Virus record (IMG/VR): IMGVR_UViG_3300017598_000616
Location: 1-36,825 of that record
Reading direction: 5' to 3' (one strand)
Length of the DNA stretch: 36,825 nt
DNA from: a virus
Positions 15,862 to 23,506 of the stretch are shown here, one piece after another. The notes under the pieces were generated by a model, which saw nothing but the letters and a program-made list of their open reading frames with translations, made no database searches and was not told the origin of the DNA. The number at the start of each line of letters is the position of its first letter. Within the stretch, counting starts at the first letter, position 1. Position numbers and translations under genes: made by a program.

Positions 15862-16447
15862 CTATAAAGGGAAAATGCCTACAAGATCTGAAGGGATCTA
15901 TGAAGTAGCAATTAATGAAGAGCCAGCTTCATCAGCTATTGTAGCTTCTGAGAGAAGCGGAACTATTGGAGTAGAGACTCTATCTAAGAGGCCTACTGCT
16001 AAGAATGGGGATGAAGATAAGATTGCATTAGATGTAGCTTTATCCGATGGGAATGGTAATAGCATTAATTTAGATAACGCTTTGCCAGTTTTTATAGCTC
16101 CTTCTCCAGCTTTAGAAATTTCAGAATACGATAAGGCAGTAGATACTGCTAAAAACGGTGGTACTACTAATCATGATTATATTACAAATTCAGAATTTAG
16201 AGGATTAAACGTAGAGTGTAATTCAGGAGGCCTGGCCGTATTTGAATTACAAGTAGAGACTGCAGCAGCTTCAGGTACTTTCGCTACAGTAATGAGAAAG
16301 CATAACTCAGTAGCTCAGCCTTCTGTAATTTTTGCTCATAAATCACCTAAAGCAATTGCTACAGGAGTTACTATCAGAGTAATTAAGACTAATCTAGATA
16401 ATCAGCCTACTGATATGGATACCTTAATTAATGGTACAGAAGTATAA
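15854..16447 (+). CDS. Structural-module protein, tentative member 2 of the tandem paralogue set
   Basis: C-terminal …VTIRVIKTNLDNQPTDMDTLINGTEV. Contains one GGCCWGGCC copy. Confidence 0.7.
   Translation: MSDYKGKMPTRSEGIYEVAINEEPASSAIVASERSGTIGVETLSKRPTAKNGDEDKIALDVALSDGNGNSINLDNALPVFIAPSPALEISEYDKAVDTAKNGGTTNHDYITNSEFRGLNVECNSGGLAVFELQVETAAASGTFATVMRKHNSVAQPSVIFAHKSPKAIATGVTIRVIKTNLDNQPTDMDTLINGTEV
16229..16237. repeat. GGCCWGGCC copy (GGCCTGGCC)
   Basis: Exact match. GGC-CTG-GCC (Gly-Leu-Ala). Confidence 0.95.
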
Positions 16448-16455
16448 GGTAAATA

Positions 16456-16968
16456 ATGGCAGATTTAGATAGAAATTCTCAGGCCTCTGCTGCTGTGACT
16501 ATCACAGGAGAAGATGAGGCCTATAAAGCAGATGTAGTACAGGGAGGGGATGGATTTAATCGTCTAATGGTACTATCTGAGACTTCTATCAGCTCAGATC
16601 TTAGGATACTTCAGGAGTATGGTCAAAATCAGAGCCTAGATGATACTGCCTATTATACAATTTTTGAGGAGCTGGGAGTAATCACTGTATCAGGATTCCA
16701 GCTAGAATTTAACGATAAAAAAGTATATGTAAAATTAGAGATAGATGGGATAGAGATATTCGATATAAACATAGAGAAATTTAAAGATATATCTAATTTA
16801 AATTCTGCTCCATCCCCTCAGACGTACATAGCTTGGAACGATGGATTAAAAGTATTCTACTTTACTCCTAACTTCCCTATAAAGTCTGAGACTAGTATTA
16901 AGATATCTGCCAGATCTAAATCTGGAGAGAATAAGAAATATAGAGCCAGCATCATACAGGTAGGATAA
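16456..16968 (+). CDS. Structural-module protein, member 3 of the tandem paralogue set
   Basis: Clear by-eye similarity to the next ORF: LEFNDKKVYVKLEIDGIEIFDINIEKFKDI against FKFDSEKIHFQMKVDEEEALYFNIKELKDF, and KVFYFTPNFPI against KVFTIKFALPI. Confidence 0.75.
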   Translation: MADLDRNSQASAAVTITGEDEAYKADVVQGGDGFNRLMVLSETSISSDLRILQEYGQNQSLDDTAYYTIFEELGVITVSGFQLEFNDKKVYVKLEIDGIEIFDINIEKFKDISNLNSAPSPQTYIAWNDGLKVFYFTPNFPIKSETSIKISARSKSGENKKYRASIIQVG

Positions 16969-17393
16969 TGAGAGTAGATCTAGGGAATAAAATTTTTTAC
17001 TATTCTAATTTTAGTGATAATACACTACCTAAGAATAGCCAAGCATATGAATCAATCTATACTTTAGCAGATAGGGGGCAGCTAATAGAGGCCTGTTTTA
17101 AATTTGATTCAGAAAAAATACACTTCCAGATGAAAGTAGATGAGGAGGAGGCCCTTTACTTCAATATAAAAGAATTGAAAGATTTTCATGAGATAGGAGA
17201 TGGACATGGAGATTCAAGGGCAAATAATGGCCACAGTATATTTTACAATAAAGATAATAAGGTATTTACTATTAAATTTGCCCTACCTATCCAGTATCAT
17301 GAGCAGATAGAATTTTTAGCTAAAACTAATGATGGGAATAAAACTAAAAAACTGAAGGGATTTGTAATTGTAGCTAATAAGGAAGTAGGATGA
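16968..17393 (+). CDS. Structural-module protein, member 4 of the tandem paralogue set
   Basis: Paralogous to 16456..16968 (see that entry). TAATG overlap. Confidence 0.75.
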   Translation: MRVDLGNKIFYYSNFSDNTLPKNSQAYESIYTLADRGQLIEACFKFDSEKIHFQMKVDEEEALYFNIKELKDFHEIGDGHGDSRANNGHSIFYNKDNKVFTIKFALPIQYHEQIEFLAKTNDGNKTKKLKGFVIVANKEVG

Positions 17394-17989
17394 TTAAAAT
17401 AGAGATAAAATCATACTTAGAGTGGAAAGATAATCTACTAGATAAAAATTTAAGATATTTCTCTTATGCCATAAATGGCAGCTATAGATTATCTGCAATA
17501 GATGGGGATATCACCTATACTCACGATCTATCTGTAGATGATGTAGCAGACTATGAGGCAAATTTACTACTTGGGGCCAATAAAAAAGTAGAGAAAGTGA
17601 TTATAGGATCTGCTTTTTCTTCCAGTATGTTGGAGGATGGGAAAGTATTATATCTAAAAATACATGGAATGAAGGCAGTAATCCCAGCAGGGGGAAGCCA
17701 TGAATTTTTATTTACTATACCTTATACTGAAGCCTACTTACAGGGAGCTGAAATATTCATAGATATTTTATCTCAGACAGATATGACTATCAAGCATCCT
17801 GTAGCTGGAGTATTAGAGCAGTATGGATTTAATGTATGCATGGGGAAAGTAATCTATAAAAGGGAGGCTAAATATGCAGCTAAACTCCCACAGGGATTAC
17901 AAGTATCTGCAATATGTACTAATACAGAAGCTACTGAGCAGGAGATGGGGGTAAATTTCATACTCCATGAGATAAGGGATGGAGTATGA
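17390..17989 (+). CDS. Structural-module protein, tentative member 5 of the tandem paralogue set
   Basis: C-terminal …LQVSAICTNTEATEQEMGVNFILHEI and internal KVLYLKIHGMKAV fit the shared pattern. ATGA overlaps on both sides. Confidence 0.7.
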   Translation: MIKIEIKSYLEWKDNLLDKNLRYFSYAINGSYRLSAIDGDITYTHDLSVDDVADYEANLLLGANKKVEKVIIGSAFSSSMLEDGKVLYLKIHGMKAVIPAGGSHEFLFTIPYTEAYLQGAEIFIDILSQTDMTIKHPVAGVLEQYGFNVCMGKVIYKREAKYAAKLPQGLQVSAICTNTEATEQEMGVNFILHEIRDGV

Positions 17990-18207
17990 AACATAAAGGG
18001 AGAATTTGGGTAGTATTTGTAGCTGTAAGCATATTGCTAAGCTCTCTCATTTTCGGTACTTATAAAAGGACTCTTTCTTCTTCACTGGGAGAGATAGAGC
18101 ATAAATCTTTTGCAGCTAGATCATTCTGTAATTTACTAGAGATAGTATTATCAGATCCAGATCACTGTATAAATGAGTATAAAGATTACTTACTAGAGGA
18201 GAAATAG
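17986..18207 (+). CDS. Small membrane protein, 73 aa, N-terminal TM or signal anchor
   Basis: MKHKGRIWVVFVAVSILLSSLIFGTYKR: a basic N-terminus followed by about 20 hydrophobic residues. Confidence 0.6.
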   Translation: MKHKGRIWVVFVAVSILLSSLIFGTYKRTLSSSLGEIEHKSFAARSFCNLLEIVLSDPDHCINEYKDYLLEEK

Positions 18208-18912
18208 ATGCTATTTCCTAAAGCAGATGTAGATAAATTAGTACAGAATTATGATATGTTTAGAATAGATGCATCAGGATCTTTCATCACATCAGATGAA
18301 GAGATTACTGAATTTAATATCTATCCAGACTATATCAATAATGCTGCCCTAGTATATGATAAAGCGGCTGAAGATAAAGACTGCTGGATACTAGACTGGG
18401 CATACAAATCAGAAGGTACTTATACAGTAAGGATAGAAATTAAGACAGCTACCCTCACTGAATCAATAGACTATGAGATCCAGGCCATAACTCCAGCAGA
18501 AGATAATCTACTCTCAGATGATTCTGAGATATACTCATATGAGAATGAGCTAAGAAGATACCTTCCATCAGGTAGAAATAGCTGGAAGTATATGCATAGA
18601 AAGGCTCAGGAGGAGATCCTAGACTACTTCTATAGAAATGCTAGGCTGAATCCAGATGGATCTAAGATAGAAAGATCTCAATTAATTGGTGATAAGCTCA
18701 ATAATTGGAGCGTATATGAAGCCATTCTATTGATTTATCAAGATATAAAGACTTCAAATTCAGAAGCTTTTAATGAAAAAATATCAGATTATTCTCTTAA
18801 AAGAGCAGAAGCTAGGAAGAGATATCTAATAGAATATGATAGTAATAAGGATGGGAATGTAGATGAGGAAGATAGTAAAGTAGCTACTACTCCTACTTTC
18901 TTCCATAGGTAG
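18208..18912 (+). CDS. Head-tail connector or adaptor candidate with an EF-hand-like Ca-binding loop
   Basis: Beta-rich N-terminal region (TYTVRIEIKTATLTESIDYEIQAI), helical C-terminal half, and DSNKDGNVDEED loop at aa 211-222. Function is inferred from position. Confidence 0.6.
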   Translation: MLFPKADVDKLVQNYDMFRIDASGSFITSDEEITEFNIYPDYINNAALVYDKAAEDKDCWILDWAYKSEGTYTVRIEIKTATLTESIDYEIQAITPAEDNLLSDDSEIYSYENELRRYLPSGRNSWKYMHRKAQEEILDYFYRNARLNPDGSKIERSQLIGDKLNNWSVYEAILLIYQDIKTSNSEAFNEKISDYSLKRAEARKRYLIEYDSNKDGNVDEEDSKVATTPTFFHR

Positions 18913-18914
18913 AT

Positions 18915-19346
18915 ATGATAGCTGAGATAAGAAAGCATATTAAGGATAGTATTAACTCATGCTCTAAGAAGTATAAAGAGATAGACAATCCTTTCCATAA
19001 AAATGAAGATACTGTAGGAGTAGATCCTGAGTATAAGTATGCTTTAATTTTTGGATCATCAAATACAATAATAGGAGATGAGCAGGGGAATTTGATAGAG
19101 ATACCTGTAAATCTAAAGACTTATAGACAGGGGGCCAGAGATAAATTGGCTACCTTTGATGAGGGATACTGTCAGGCCCTAATCATAAAGGATCTAGTAC
19201 TAGACAGATCATCCCTAAATAGTAAAGAATATATTAAGGGGATAAGCAGCTCTAATATAGATCCAGCAGAAGTGATAGACTCTCAGGATATATATAGCTT
19301 TGAGATAAATTTAATATTTACAATTTCTTATGGAATAGGAGAATAA
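18915..19346 (+). CDS. Neck or tail-completion protein candidate
   Basis: 143 aa, directly upstream of the putative tail tube gene. Position only. Confidence 0.55.
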   Translation: MIAEIRKHIKDSINSCSKKYKEIDNPFHKNEDTVGVDPEYKYALIFGSSNTIIGDEQGNLIEIPVNLKTYRQGARDKLATFDEGYCQALIIKDLVLDRSSLNSKEYIKGISSSNIDPAEVIDSQDIYSFEINLIFTISYGIGE

Positions 19347-19347
19347 G

Positions 19348-20271
19348 ATGGCAAGATTATGCAAAAGTAAAAAGGTAGTAAATTCAAAAGTATCACCTAA
19401 GAGATGGGTATATGGGCTCGAGCAATGCAGGGAGATCCAGTATTCTGGCAAGCCTACAGGAGAGACTATAGTACCTCTAAATTATATCTCAGAATCATAT
19501 GAGGAAGTCCTAGGATATATCCATATGACTAATGGAGGAGTAGATCCAGCCCCTACAGGATTGACTAAATTAGCTACAGTAGATGTAGATGCTGCTGCAG
19601 ATGTAGCTGCTATCTATGCAGATATTAAGACTCAGCTAGAAGCTTCAGCTTTTGCAGATTACTTTCAAGTACAAGTACAAGCTACTGGGACTGAAGTATT
19701 CAATAACTTTATCGGATTAATTACTGATGAAGATGATTCAGCAGAAGCTACTCTTACTATTGCAGTAGGGCAGCAGTCTTTCGGAGGCCCACTGGGACTT
19801 CTGAGCGAGGATGGAGCTTCGGCAGCTTTCGCTTTTGAGTTTTTAGATCAAGCTGGAGATGCGACTGGATCAGTATCAATTGAGAAATTTTTAATTGGCT
19901 TAGAAGCTACTATCACTATGAGTATCACTGATACTTCAAAAGAGAAATTTGAGGAGCTATTTGTAAAGCCTCTAGGTGGTACATATGAGAATGGATCTGA
20001 TAAATTAATCGGATTTGGGACTGCAGCTTTCTTCAGCTCATTAATGAGTAAAATCGGTAAGTTACAAGGGCATGATAGCTCAGCAGACTACACTGATAGA
20101 AGCAATGACTGGCAAATGCTGGCAGTACCTAATCCATCTTCAATCAATTTTAATAAAGAATTACAAGTCATTGAGTGTGAATTTGTATCAGCTTTTGATG
20201 CATCAATGCCAGAAGCTATTAATATCTTCTCAATTGGTGATAAAACTAAGATTGATTTAGCAGCACTATAA
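19348..20271 (+). CDS. Major tail (tube) protein candidate
   Basis: 307 aa, immediately upstream of the G/G-T chaperone pair and tape measure (the conserved siphovirus gene order). Confidence 0.65.
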   Translation: MARLCKSKKVVNSKVSPKRWVYGLEQCREIQYSGKPTGETIVPLNYISESYEEVLGYIHMTNGGVDPAPTGLTKLATVDVDAAADVAAIYADIKTQLEASAFADYFQVQVQATGTEVFNNFIGLITDEDDSAEATLTIAVGQQSFGGPLGLLSEDGASAAFAFEFLDQAGDATGSVSIEKFLIGLEATITMSITDTSKEKFEELFVKPLGGTYENGSDKLIGFGTAAFFSSLMSKIGKLQGHDSSADYTDRSNDWQMLAVPNPSSINFNKELQVIECEFVSAFDASMPEAINIFSIGDKTKIDLAAL

Positions 20272-20277
20272 TTAAAA

Positions 20278-20296
20278 AGGCCCACCTGTAGGGCCT
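20278..20296. other. GC-rich hairpin AGGCCC-acctgta-GGGCCT after the tail tube gene
   Basis: 6-bp G/C stem. The A5 run lies upstream on the plus strand, so the T-run is on the minus-strand side. Confidence 0.5.
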
Positions 20297-20322
20297 ATAA
20301 CGCATAATAATGAGGTATAAAA

Positions 20323-20574
20323 ATGCTAGTAATTAAAGAAGAAGTGTATAAGATTAAAGTAAAAAATGAAGTATTCTCTGTGGAGTATCCTTCTTTTGAA
20401 GAAGCTCAGGCTATTTCTAAAGAATTTGATGGACTATCTGGAGATGATGCAATAGCAAAAATGAAAGATTGGCTTATTAAGCTAGGCTTAGAAGAGAAGT
20501 TTTTTGTACTGAAAGAAATCAAGGCTAAACATATAATGCAGATTTGGCTGGAGATAAACTCAGTAAAAAAGTAG
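20323..20574 (+). CDS. Tail assembly chaperone (gpG-like)
   Basis: 83 aa, upstream of the tape measure. Ends just after the slippery heptamer. Confidence 0.7.
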   Translation: MLVIKEEVYKIKVKNEVFSVEYPSFEEAQAISKEFDGLSGDDAIAKMKDWLIKLGLEEKFFVLKEIKAKHIMQIWLEINSVKK

Positions 20575-20864
20575 ATATCTCTGATACTGATAAAGTGATG
20601 ATGGGCCTGGCCCATTATTACTCCATCAGCCCATTAGAGATCTATAAGATAAATTCTAAGAGACTTTCTATAATGTATTCTGCTATGCTTTCAAATAGAG
20701 CAGCAGATAGAATAAGAAGAATAGAAGAAATAGGCAGCCCTAATATGAAGGAGAAGCCTAGAGAAAAATTCATCAATGGCCTTTTTAAGGAGATGGATAA
20801 TAAGTATAAAGATCCTCACATGGTAGAAGAGGATGAATTAAAAAGGATTTTTGGGAATGTCTGA
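20323..20864 (+). CDS. Tail assembly chaperone frameshift fusion (gpGT-like), made by a -1 shift at 20565..20571
   Basis: The conserved G/GT arrangement of long-tailed phages. The -1 frame is open from 20544 to 20864. Confidence 0.65.
20565..20571 (+). promoter_or_regulatory. Programmed -1 ribosomal frameshift slippery heptamer A_AAA_AAG
   Basis: In the zero frame the sequence reads GT-A AAA AAG TAG. The overlapping ORF 20544..20864 is in the -1 frame, and reading through gives …NSVKKVDISDTDKVMMGLAHYY…. Confidence 0.75.
20604..20612. repeat. GGCCWGGCC copy (GGCCTGGCC)
   Basis: Exact match. GGC-CTG-GCC (Gly-Leu-Ala) in the T frame. Confidence 0.95.
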
Positions 20865-22716
20865 TATAAATCTAATCATTAGCTATCAAAATGGGAATCT
20901 AAAAGAAGTCACAAATGATGCTGAGAAGAAGATGGGCAAGTCTGGAAAGAAATCTGGCCAGAATTTTGCTGCAGGATTTGGGACTGCTGCTAAAGGAGCT
21001 GCAAAAGCTGTAGCTGCCATAGGAGCTGCTGTAGCTGCAGTAGGCTCAGTAGTAATATTCAAATCTATAGGGCTAGCAAAAGAGCAGGAAGAAGCTGTAA
21101 ATAGCTTAAATACTGCCTTAAGAATAACAGGAAAATACTCTAAAGATACATCAGAAGAATTGCAAGCTTATGCTTCATCACTACAAGCGGCCTCAAAATT
21201 TGGGGATGAGACTATATTATCATCTCAAGCTTTAATACAATCTCTAGGTAACTTAGATAAAGATGCATTAAAAGGGGCTACTCAAGCGGCTCTAGATATG
21301 GCTTCAGCTCTTAAGATTGACTTAAGATCAGCAGCTACATTAGTCGGGAAAGCAGCAGCAGGGGAAGTAGGATCTTTCTCTAGATATGGAGTAGCAATAA
21401 AGAAAGGGGCTAATAATGCTGAGACTTTTAGCAATGCCCTTACAGCATTAAATAGTAAATTTGGAGGAGCTGCAGCAGGGGAATTAAATACCTATGCAGG
21501 AGCAGTCCAGCAAGCCAGTAATTCTTTCGGGGATATGCTGGAGAAAGTAGGGGATATCATTATTAAGAATCCTCTAATAATAAAAGCAATAAAAACATTA
21601 GGCCCTATATTCGATAAATTAGGAGCTGAGATAGTAGAATTTGGAAAGACCTTCAATATCTTTGATGGGCTAGTTACTCCATTCTTAAATATAAATGATG
21701 CAATAATTACTTATGTAGTAGCTCCATTAGAGCTAGTGGCCAATATCGGCCAGATTGTATTCAAGTCTCTAGTATCTGGGGTAGCTACAGTAGTCGCTGG
21801 ATTCGGATTTCTAGGAGAGAAAATAGCAGGATTATTAAGTGCTGTAGGATTAGGGAGTAAAGGAATTACTCAAGATCTACAAAATTTCGCTGCAGCTTCT
21901 AAAGAGACTGCAGAAGAAGCTGCCCTAGATGTAGGGAAAGCAGCAGAAGGTATCTTTGATTTTGATACATCTACAAAATTAGCAGCAAAAAATGAAGATT
22001 TAAGGACTTTCTTTCAAGATCAACGTGCAATTATTGAAGAAGAATCTGCTATTACTGAAGAAAAAACTCAGGAGAAATTAGCAGTAGTGGCTGAGCAGTC
22101 TCAGTCTTTTGCTTCTTTATTGCAAGGAACTTTCGGGAATGTCCAAATAGGTATTAAAAAGACTAAAGAAGAGATGGCCAAGACGGCAGCAGCTACGGCC
22201 AAGATTGTAAAGAATGGCCTGGCCAAGGGGATATCTGGAGGGATTCAGAATATCGCTACTTCACTCGCTAAGGGAGAAGATGTATTTGCAAATTTTGGGA
22301 AGTTTTTACTTACTACTATTGCAGATCTAGCTATCCAATTAGGTAGCTTCTTCATAGCAGAAGGGATAGCAGTAGAGGCTCTTAATGCAGTATCAGGTAC
22401 AGGAGCTATAGCTGCAGGAGCGGCCCTAGTGGCCCTAGGATCTCTTTTAAAAGCCTCAATTGGAGGGGGAGGAGCAGCAGCTTCTTCTGGAGGAAGTGGA
22501 GGGGGAGGATCTACTCCATCTTTCGCTTCAGATAATGAGCCTACAGGAGAATTTGTAGAGGAAGGAGCATCAGTAGCTCAAGCCAGCACTACAATTAATT
22601 TCAATGTAGATGGCAATATTAAAGGTGATGAAGAATTTATCAGGGAGATTGTAGAGGATATCGGTACTGAGGGCGGCAAGCAAGGCCTAGTATTTGATAA
22701 CTTCTCTTTAGCATAA
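20851..22716 (+). CDS. Tape measure protein
   Basis: 621 aa, Ala/Gly-rich and helical, with a hydrophobic segment and glycine runs (GGGGAAASSGGSGGGGS). Follows G/GT. Confidence 0.8.
   Translation: MGMSDINLIISYQNGNLKEVTNDAEKKMGKSGKKSGQNFAAGFGTAAKGAAKAVAAIGAAVAAVGSVVIFKSIGLAKEQEEAVNSLNTALRITGKYSKDTSEELQAYASSLQAASKFGDETILSSQALIQSLGNLDKDALKGATQAALDMASALKIDLRSAATLVGKAAAGEVGSFSRYGVAIKKGANNAETFSNALTALNSKFGGAAAGELNTYAGAVQQASNSFGDMLEKVGDIIIKNPLIIKAIKTLGPIFDKLGAEIVEFGKTFNIFDGLVTPFLNINDAIITYVVAPLELVANIGQIVFKSLVSGVATVVAGFGFLGEKIAGLLSAVGLGSKGITQDLQNFAAASKETAEEAALDVGKAAEGIFDFDTSTKLAAKNEDLRTFFQDQRAIIEEESAITEEKTQEKLAVVAEQSQSFASLLQGTFGNVQIGIKKTKEEMAKTAAATAKIVKNGLAKGISGGIQNIATSLAKGEDVFANFGKFLLTTIADLAIQLGSFFIAEGIAVEALNAVSGTGAIAAGAALVALGSLLKASIGGGGAAASSGGSGGGGSTPSFASDNEPTGEFVEEGASVAQASTTINFNVDGNIKGDEEFIREIVEDIGTEGGKQGLVFDNFSLA
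22216..22224. repeat. GGCCWGGCC copy (GGCCTGGCC)
   Basis: Exact match. GGC-CTG-GCC (Gly-Leu-Ala) in the tape measure gene. Confidence 0.95.
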
Positions 22717-22717
22717 T

Positions 22718-23503
22718 ATGGCACTAAATAATTATTCGGCTTTCATCTATGGCCACTCAATTACAATAGATAATAAGTACCTAAATTTTGGGGAAGCATA
22801 TATAGATCCAGCTCAAAGAGCAGCAGTAGTGACTATAGGATCTTTCACTATATCTGATTTTAAAAATAAAGTGGCAGCAGCTATGAATGAGGCTGGGAAT
22901 CAAGAATATATAGTAGAACTAGATAGAGATACTATGAAATTTACGATATCGGCCGATAATAATTTTGAGCTTTATGTAGATACTGGGAATCAATCTGCAG
23001 TATCAGTATTCTCCCTACTGGGATTTAAAGCAGGAGTAGATCTTACAGGATCAAATACTTATACAGCAGACTCTCCTTCTGGGGAGATGTATATCACTCA
23101 GACTCCATTAAAAGATTTCTCAGACTTTGCAATGAATAAGCAGAAGGCTGAGGCTCAAGTAAAGACTACTTCCTCAGGACTTACAGAAGTAATCAGCTAT
23201 TCAGTACAGGAGAGAATGATCTGCTCTATGCCTCTAATCACTAATTATATCCCTCAAAGATATATTAGAGAGACTACTACAGGAGTAGAAGAAGTATTAG
23301 CTTTCCTAGATTATGCAATAGGGAAAGCCCCCTTAGAGTTTATTTATGATTATAAATTGCCAAATAATTTTAAGCCAGTAATATTAGATAAGACAAAAAA
23401 ATCCTCAAAAGGTGTAGGATTTCAATTGAAGGAGAGAATAAAAGACTCTCTCCCTAATTATTATGAGATCTCTGGCCTTACATTTTTAAAGATAGAGGGA
23501 TAA
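22718..23503 (+). CDS. Distal tail protein candidate
   Basis: 261 aa, directly after the tape measure gene. Position only. Confidence 0.5.
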   Translation: MALNNYSAFIYGHSITIDNKYLNFGEAYIDPAQRAAVVTIGSFTISDFKNKVAAAMNEAGNQEYIVELDRDTMKFTISADNNFELYVDTGNQSAVSVFSLLGFKAGVDLTGSNTYTADSPSGEMYITQTPLKDFSDFAMNKQKAEAQVKTTSSGLTEVISYSVQERMICSMPLITNYIPQRYIRETTTGVEEVLAFLDYAIGKAPLEFIYDYKLPNNFKPVILDKTKKSSKGVGFQLKERIKDSLPNYYEISGLTFLKIEG

Positions 23504-23506
23504 GAT

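Noticed and set aside
20072-20285. Track ORFs 20072..20260 (+) and 20088..20285 (-)
   Set aside because: Both lie inside the 3' end of the putative tail tube gene, in alternative or antisense frames. Neither has a ribosome-binding site.
20406-20615. Track ORF, 69 aa, on the minus strand
   Set aside because: It lies antisense across the G/T chaperone overlap, which is explained by the frameshift architecture.
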